Below, one piece after another: positions 59,796 to 64,000 of a stretch of 64,000 nt of DNA; the stretch's first letter is position 1, and each line of letters opens with the position of its first letter. The stretch is from an uncultured Verrucomicrobiae bacterium. GTDB lineage: Bacteria; Verrucomicrobiota; Verrucomicrobiia; Chthoniobacterales; UBA10450. The position numbers and the translations under genes are program-made. Below the pieces are notes generated by a model. That model was not told where the DNA came from. It did no database searches and worked only from the letters and a program-made list of their open reading frames with translations. The stretch lies in assembly GCA_963772365.1 (NCBI GenBank), contig CAVYXA010000001.1:1248001-1312000 (forward strand). The letters run 5' to 3'.

Positions 59796-60539
59796 AGATC
59801 GGCGGAGCCGATCATCATCGACATCGAAAACATCACGAAAGACTACGTGATGGGGGAAGAAATGGTGCATGCGCTGCGCGGGGTGTCGTTGCGGATTCAT
59901 CGCAATGAATATCTCGCCATCATGGGCCCGAGCGGGAGCGGCAAATCGACTCTTATGAACATGCTCGGTTGCCTCGATACACCTTCATCCGGCCGCTACG
60001 AATTCAACGGGCGTAACGTTTCGGAAATGGACGACGATGAGCTCGCTGCGATCCGGAACCGCGAGATCGGATTTGTATTTCAAACTTTCAATCTATTGCC
60101 GCGCGCCAACAGCTTGCGCAATGTCGAGCTGCCCCTGATTTATGGCGGCGTCGATCCAGAAACGCGCGAGGAGCGCGCTGCCCAGGTGCTGCGCGATGTG
60201 GGCTTGGGCGATCGGTTGCATCATAAGCCGAGCGAGCTGTCCGGCGGCCAACGGCAGCGAGTGGCGGTCGCGCGCGCGCTCGTGAACAATCCGTCCATCA
60301 TTTTGGCTGACGAACCGACGGGCAATCTCGATTCGAAAACCGGCGAAGAAATCATGGCCTTGTTTGAAGAGCTGTATCAGCGCGGAAACACGGTCATTCT
60401 GGTCACGCATGAAGCGGATATCGCCCGGCACGCCCGGCGAACGGTTCATTTGCGAGACGGATTGATCGAAAGCGACAACGCGAGTGGCATTGGCATCTTG
60501 CCAATGGAACATCGGCTGGAAGCCGATGCCACGGCCTAG
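59781..60539 (+). CDS. ABC transporter ATP-binding protein (MacB/LolD-like)
   Basis: [30 protein letters not shown]. Confidence 0.95.
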   Translation: MSLVTRSAEPIIIDIENITKDYVMGEEMVHALRGVSLRIHRNEYLAIMGPSGSGKSTLMNMLGCLDTPSSGRYEFNGRNVSEMDDDELAAIRNREIGFVFQTFNLLPRANSLRNVELPLIYGGVDPETREERAAQVLRDVGLGDRLHHKPSELSGGQRQRVAVARALVNNPSIILADEPTGNLDSKTGEEIMALFEELYQRGNTVILVTHEADIARHARRTVHLRDGLIESDNASGIGILPMEHRLEADATA

Positions 60540-60541
60540 TG

Positions 60542-61792
60542 ATGAAGCGCTTTCTCTATGAGCTGACCGAGAGCTGGAACATCGCGGCCGCACAGATGCG
60601 GGCGAATAAAACGCGGTCCACGCTTACCGCGCTCGGCGTAATCATCGGCATCGTGGCAGTTACCTTAATGGGAACTGCGATCTCCGGGATCCAGGTCGGA
60701 TTCGATAAGAGCCTCTCGGTCCTCGGCGATGACGTTCTTTACGTCACTCAATGGCCTTGGAAACGCGTGGACGACTGGTGGAATTATCGCGACCGCAAAA
60801 AGATCAAGACCGAGTACGCGGAAAAGCTGAACCGAATGATAGCAGCCACGCCGAACTCGAATCTCATCGTGGCCGTGCCGACCTCGAGCCTGATCCGATC
60901 CGTCAAATACGGCGGAAGCGAAGTCGAAAATGTTTTCGTTCTGGGGACAACCTCGGATTTCATCGTAACATCGACAGTCGATTGCAAAGAGGGCCGGTTT
61001 TTTAACGAGATCGAATCGCGGGGCGCGGCCAACGTTTGTCTCATCGGCTACGACGTGGCCGACGCCCTGTTCCCCGCGGAAAGCCCGATCAACAAAACCG
61101 TGCTCATTAACGGCCAAAATTTCAAGGTCGTGGGCGTGAATAATCGGCAGGGAACATTTCTCGGGTTGTTCAGCTGGGACTCGATGGTGGCGATGCCGCT
61201 GGGTGCCTTCAACAAATACTTCAGCTCCAAAAGCGAATCGGACATTCGAGTGAAAGTGAAAGACAAAACGAAGCTGGCCGAGGCCAAAGACGAATTAACC
61301 GGCCTGATGCGGCGGGTGCGCGGTTTGCCGCCGGAAAAAAAGGATGATTTTTCGATTAACGAGCAAGAGGCATTCAAAACGACGCTCGACCCGGTGAAAA
61401 ATTCGATCGCTATTGCCGGCCTTTTTATCACTGGCCTTTCTCTTTTCGTCGGCGCGATCGGTATCATGAATATCACTTTTGTCAGCGTAAAGGAGCGGAC
61501 GAAAGAGATCGGGACCCGCAAAGCCCTCGGTGCGCGACGTCGCACCATCCTGTTGCAATTTCTCATCGAATCCACGGCGCTTTGTCTTTTAGGCGGATTC
61601 ATCGGGCTGACCGTCGCCTACTTTCTCTGTTTCGGAATCGGCAAAGCCTTCCCCTCGTTCCCAATCAATTTTTCCTTCGGTCTCGTCTTCGCCAGCATGA
61701 TCGTGTCAGTCATGACCGGTTTGTTTTCCGGTTTCGCGCCCGCCTGGAGCGCGTCGCGTCTCGATCCCGTGACGGCACTTAGATATGAATGA
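60542..61792 (+). CDS. ABC transporter permease (MacB/FtsX-like)
   Basis: RSTLTALGVIIG, GIMNITFVSVKERTKEIG, LDPVTALRYE. Confidence 0.94.
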   Translation: MKRFLYELTESWNIAAAQMRANKTRSTLTALGVIIGIVAVTLMGTAISGIQVGFDKSLSVLGDDVLYVTQWPWKRVDDWWNYRDRKKIKTEYAEKLNRMIAATPNSNLIVAVPTSSLIRSVKYGGSEVENVFVLGTTSDFIVTSTVDCKEGRFFNEIESRGAANVCLIGYDVADALFPAESPINKTVLINGQNFKVVGVNNRQGTFLGLFSWDSMVAMPLGAFNKYFSSKSESDIRVKVKDKTKLAEAKDELTGLMRRVRGLPPEKKDDFSINEQEAFKTTLDPVKNSIAIAGLFITGLSLFVGAIGIMNITFVSVKERTKEIGTRKALGARRRTILLQFLIESTALCLLGGFIGLTVAYFLCFGIGKAFPSFPINFSFGLVFASMIVSVMTGLFSGFAPAWSASRLDPVTALRYE

Positions 61793-62231
61793 ACGAATTT
61801 TAACCACAGAGATCACGGAGACCACAGAGGTGCTGAAGGAGATCAACCGACTTACCGAGCTAGTGATTGGTTGCGCAATTGAGGTGCATAGCGCACTCGG
61901 TCCGGGATTATTGGAGTCGACATATGAAATGTGTATGTGTCGCGAGCTGGCACTGCGAGCGATTCCTTTCGATCGGCAAAAACCAATCCCAGTTATTTAC
62001 AAAGGTGTGAAGCTCGACTGCGGTTATCGCGCGGACCTGATCGTGGACAATCGCGTCCTCGTGGAAATCAAATCGGTCGATCAAACATGTGCGATCCACG
62101 ACGCACAACTGCTCAGCTATTTGAAGCTGACTGGTCTTAAGGTCGGACTTCTCATTAACTTTAATGTGCGAATGCTAAAAGAGGGAATTCGCCGCAAGGT
62201 CCTGGGCAACCCAAACGAAGTGTCGTTATGA
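61785..62231 (+). CDS. GxxExxY protein (PD-(D/E)XK-like)
   Basis: LGPGLLESTY, RADLIV, VEIKS, AQLLSYLK, GLLINF. Confidence 0.93.
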   Translation: MNERILTTEITETTEVLKEINRLTELVIGCAIEVHSALGPGLLESTYEMCMCRELALRAIPFDRQKPIPVIYKGVKLDCGYRADLIVDNRVLVEIKSVDQTCAIHDAQLLSYLKLTGLKVGLLINFNVRMLKEGIRRKVLGNPNEVSL

Positions 62232-62258
62232 CTCCGTGTTCTCCGTGATCTCTGTGGT
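61803..62258. repeat. Inverted 27-bp arms (3 x 9-bp units) bracketing the GxxExxY gene
   Basis: 61803-61829 ACCACAGAG ATCACGGAG ACCACAGAG; 62232-62258 is its reverse complement with 2 mismatches. Confidence 0.92.
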
Positions 62259-62278
62259 GAATAAAGTCAGAAACTAAA

Positions 62279-63517
62279 ATGTTTGGCGAGATCATAAAGA
62301 TGGCTTTGGCCTCGCTCGGAGTGAACAAGCTTCGCTCCGGGTTGACCATGATCGGGATCACCATCGGTGTGTTCTCCGTCATTTCGGTGATGACTGCTGT
62401 AGGCGCGCTCCAATACTCGATCGAGAACGGAATCAGTTTTCTCGGGGCGAATATTTTCCAGTTCGCCAAATATCCGGCAAACCTCTCTGCCAGCGGCGAC
62501 GTGAAGAAAAAATATCAGAACCGGCGAAACATTAGTTACCGCCAGGCGATGCATTACTACGAACTGATGGAGGGAAACGCCACTGAGATCTGTCTGAAAA
62601 GTTTCGGTTACGAGATTAAAGGTCAGGCCGTTTACAAAGGCGTGAAGACGACCCCGAGCCTTCTTGTCGTCGGAGCCAACCGGAGTTTTCTTACCGCCAA
62701 CGCCTATACGCTCGGTTACGGCCGAAACATCAATGATGAAGATGTTGCATTGTCGCGCCGAGCGCTGGTGGTCGGAAAAGTGATCGAGAAACGATTATTC
62801 CCCCACGAAACCCCGATTGGCAAAGTCATCCGGCTAAGCGGCCACACTTACACCATCATCGGCGTGCTCGCGGAGAAAGGGACCGCGTTCGGCCAGAGCC
62901 AGGACGATCTTTGCATCATGCCGATCACGCGGTTCTTCGAGGATTACGGCGAAGCCAAGCGCACGGTCAATATCGCGACCCAGGCGTTCTCGGCGGAAAC
63001 GTATAATCGCACCCTGGACAGAGCGATCGGAGCGATGCGAATCGCCCGCGGTCTTCGGCCGGATCAGCCCAACGATTTCGAGATTTACTCCAATGATTCG
63101 CTCAAGAGCGCGTTTATTTCCGTGGCTGGAATTGTCCGCGTGGGCGCGTTTGTTATCAGTTTGATCGCGCTAATCGCGGCAGGCATCGGCATCATGAACA
63201 TCATGCTCGTGAGCGTAACCGAACGGACGAAGGAGATTGGCGTCCGCAAATCGATCGGCGCGCGCAGTCGCGACATTCTGCGGCAGTTTCTGGCTGAGGC
63301 CGTATTTATTTCCGAGGCAGGCGGTATCCTGGGCATCATTCTAGGGATCATCGTCGGCGATTTGCTGGCAGCCTGGCTGAAGGTGGACGTGATTTTTCCC
63401 TATGGATGGGCCATTGCCGGATTAGTTGTGTGTTCGGCAATCGGTATCGGATTCGGGTTGTATCCGGCCTATCGAGCTGCTTCTCTCGATCCAATCGAAG
63501 CCCTGCGCTACGAGTAA
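62279..63517 (+). CDS. ABC transporter permease (MacB/FtsX-like), second paralog
   Basis: NKLRSGLTMIGI, GIMNIMLVSVTERTKEIG, LDPIEALRYE. Confidence 0.94.
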   Translation: MFGEIIKMALASLGVNKLRSGLTMIGITIGVFSVISVMTAVGALQYSIENGISFLGANIFQFAKYPANLSASGDVKKKYQNRRNISYRQAMHYYELMEGNATEICLKSFGYEIKGQAVYKGVKTTPSLLVVGANRSFLTANAYTLGYGRNINDEDVALSRRALVVGKVIEKRLFPHETPIGKVIRLSGHTYTIIGVLAEKGTAFGQSQDDLCIMPITRFFEDYGEAKRTVNIATQAFSAETYNRTLDRAIGAMRIARGLRPDQPNDFEIYSNDSLKSAFISVAGIVRVGAFVISLIALIAAGIGIMNIMLVSVTERTKEIGVRKSIGARSRDILRQFLAEAVFISEAGGILGIILGIIVGDLLAAWLKVDVIFPYGWAIAGLVVCSAIGIGFGLYPAYRAASLDPIEALRYE

Positions 63518-63789
63518 GATCGACAAATTAGAGAGCGGCAGCGAAGCGCGCCTGCCGCTCTTGCTCTCGGGTCGCGAGAGCCTAACCCCTCAGAATTGGT
63601 GTTTGGTGGAGTCGACTGCCTACTCTAGACTTTATAGTTTTAGTATAAATTATCAGCCGAAGGCAATACAAATCTTGGCGGATCCGCCATCCGCGCGGAT
63701 AACATCCGACCGCTCAAACCGACCCAGTTGCTCAATTGCCGATTGGCGTTTATCATCTCTAGCGCGTCAAAAACGCGCCTTTTCTATTC

Positions 63790-64000
63790 ATGCAGAAAAT
63801 TGGATTTGCCGAAGCTCTCGACTCCATCGTCGCGAGCGATCAGCGCTATCAACGGGAGGCTTACGTCTTTCTGCGGGACGCGCTCGATTTCACGACTAAA
63901 CAGCAAAAGCGAGCGCGGGGCGCGACCGTCCGCCACGTTTCGGGACCGGAATTGCTCGATGGCGTGCGCCAATATGCTCTGAAAGAGTTTGGACCGATGG
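63790..64000 (+). CDS. Minf_1886-like Verrucomicrobia/Planctomycetes-restricted protein (partial)
   Basis: Manual translation MQKIGFAEALDSIVASDQRYQREAYVFLRDALDFT...HVSGPELLDGVRQYALKEFGPM. Confidence 0.8.
   Translation, partial: MQKIGFAEALDSIVASDQRYQREAYVFLRDALDFTTKQQKRARGATVRHVSGPELLDGVRQYALKEFGPM

Overview
GC-rich bacterial chromosome segment. Gene content (Minf_1886-type protein, tandem PilB, large TPR proteins, kdsB-pyrG) suggests Verrucomicrobiota, probably Chthoniobacterales-like (inference). The left end is a complete integron: intI, a 62-bp attI and at least three cassettes with ~123-bp attC sites; the first cassette encodes an RxxxxH HEPN-like protein. Most of the window is housekeeping: type IV pilus/T2SS, panB/folK/dapBAF, kynurenine pathway, hopanoid hpnH/shc, lptD, ugd, rsmB, coaX, hemB, phoH, heptose/Kdo genes, pyrG, queG and a MacAB-like ABC exporter. 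Four unexplained signals stand out. (1) A second attI-like site with no integrase lies inside the 3' end of pyrG, followed by same-family cassettes; the recombination core supplies the pyrG stop codon. (2) All five att sites carry an open frame ending at the core TAG just before the next cassette gene. (3) A four-helix-bundle gene and a GxxExxY gene sit inside the ABC operon, bracketed by inverted arrays of 7-bp and 9-bp tandem repeats; a gene-less 8-bp version sits in the pil operon. (4) Many REP-like palindromes are present, several translated as parts of host genes. tsaC, purE and aroK (54.5-56.4 kb) are frameshifted, most likely by sequencing error. All calls come from reading motifs; no searches were run.
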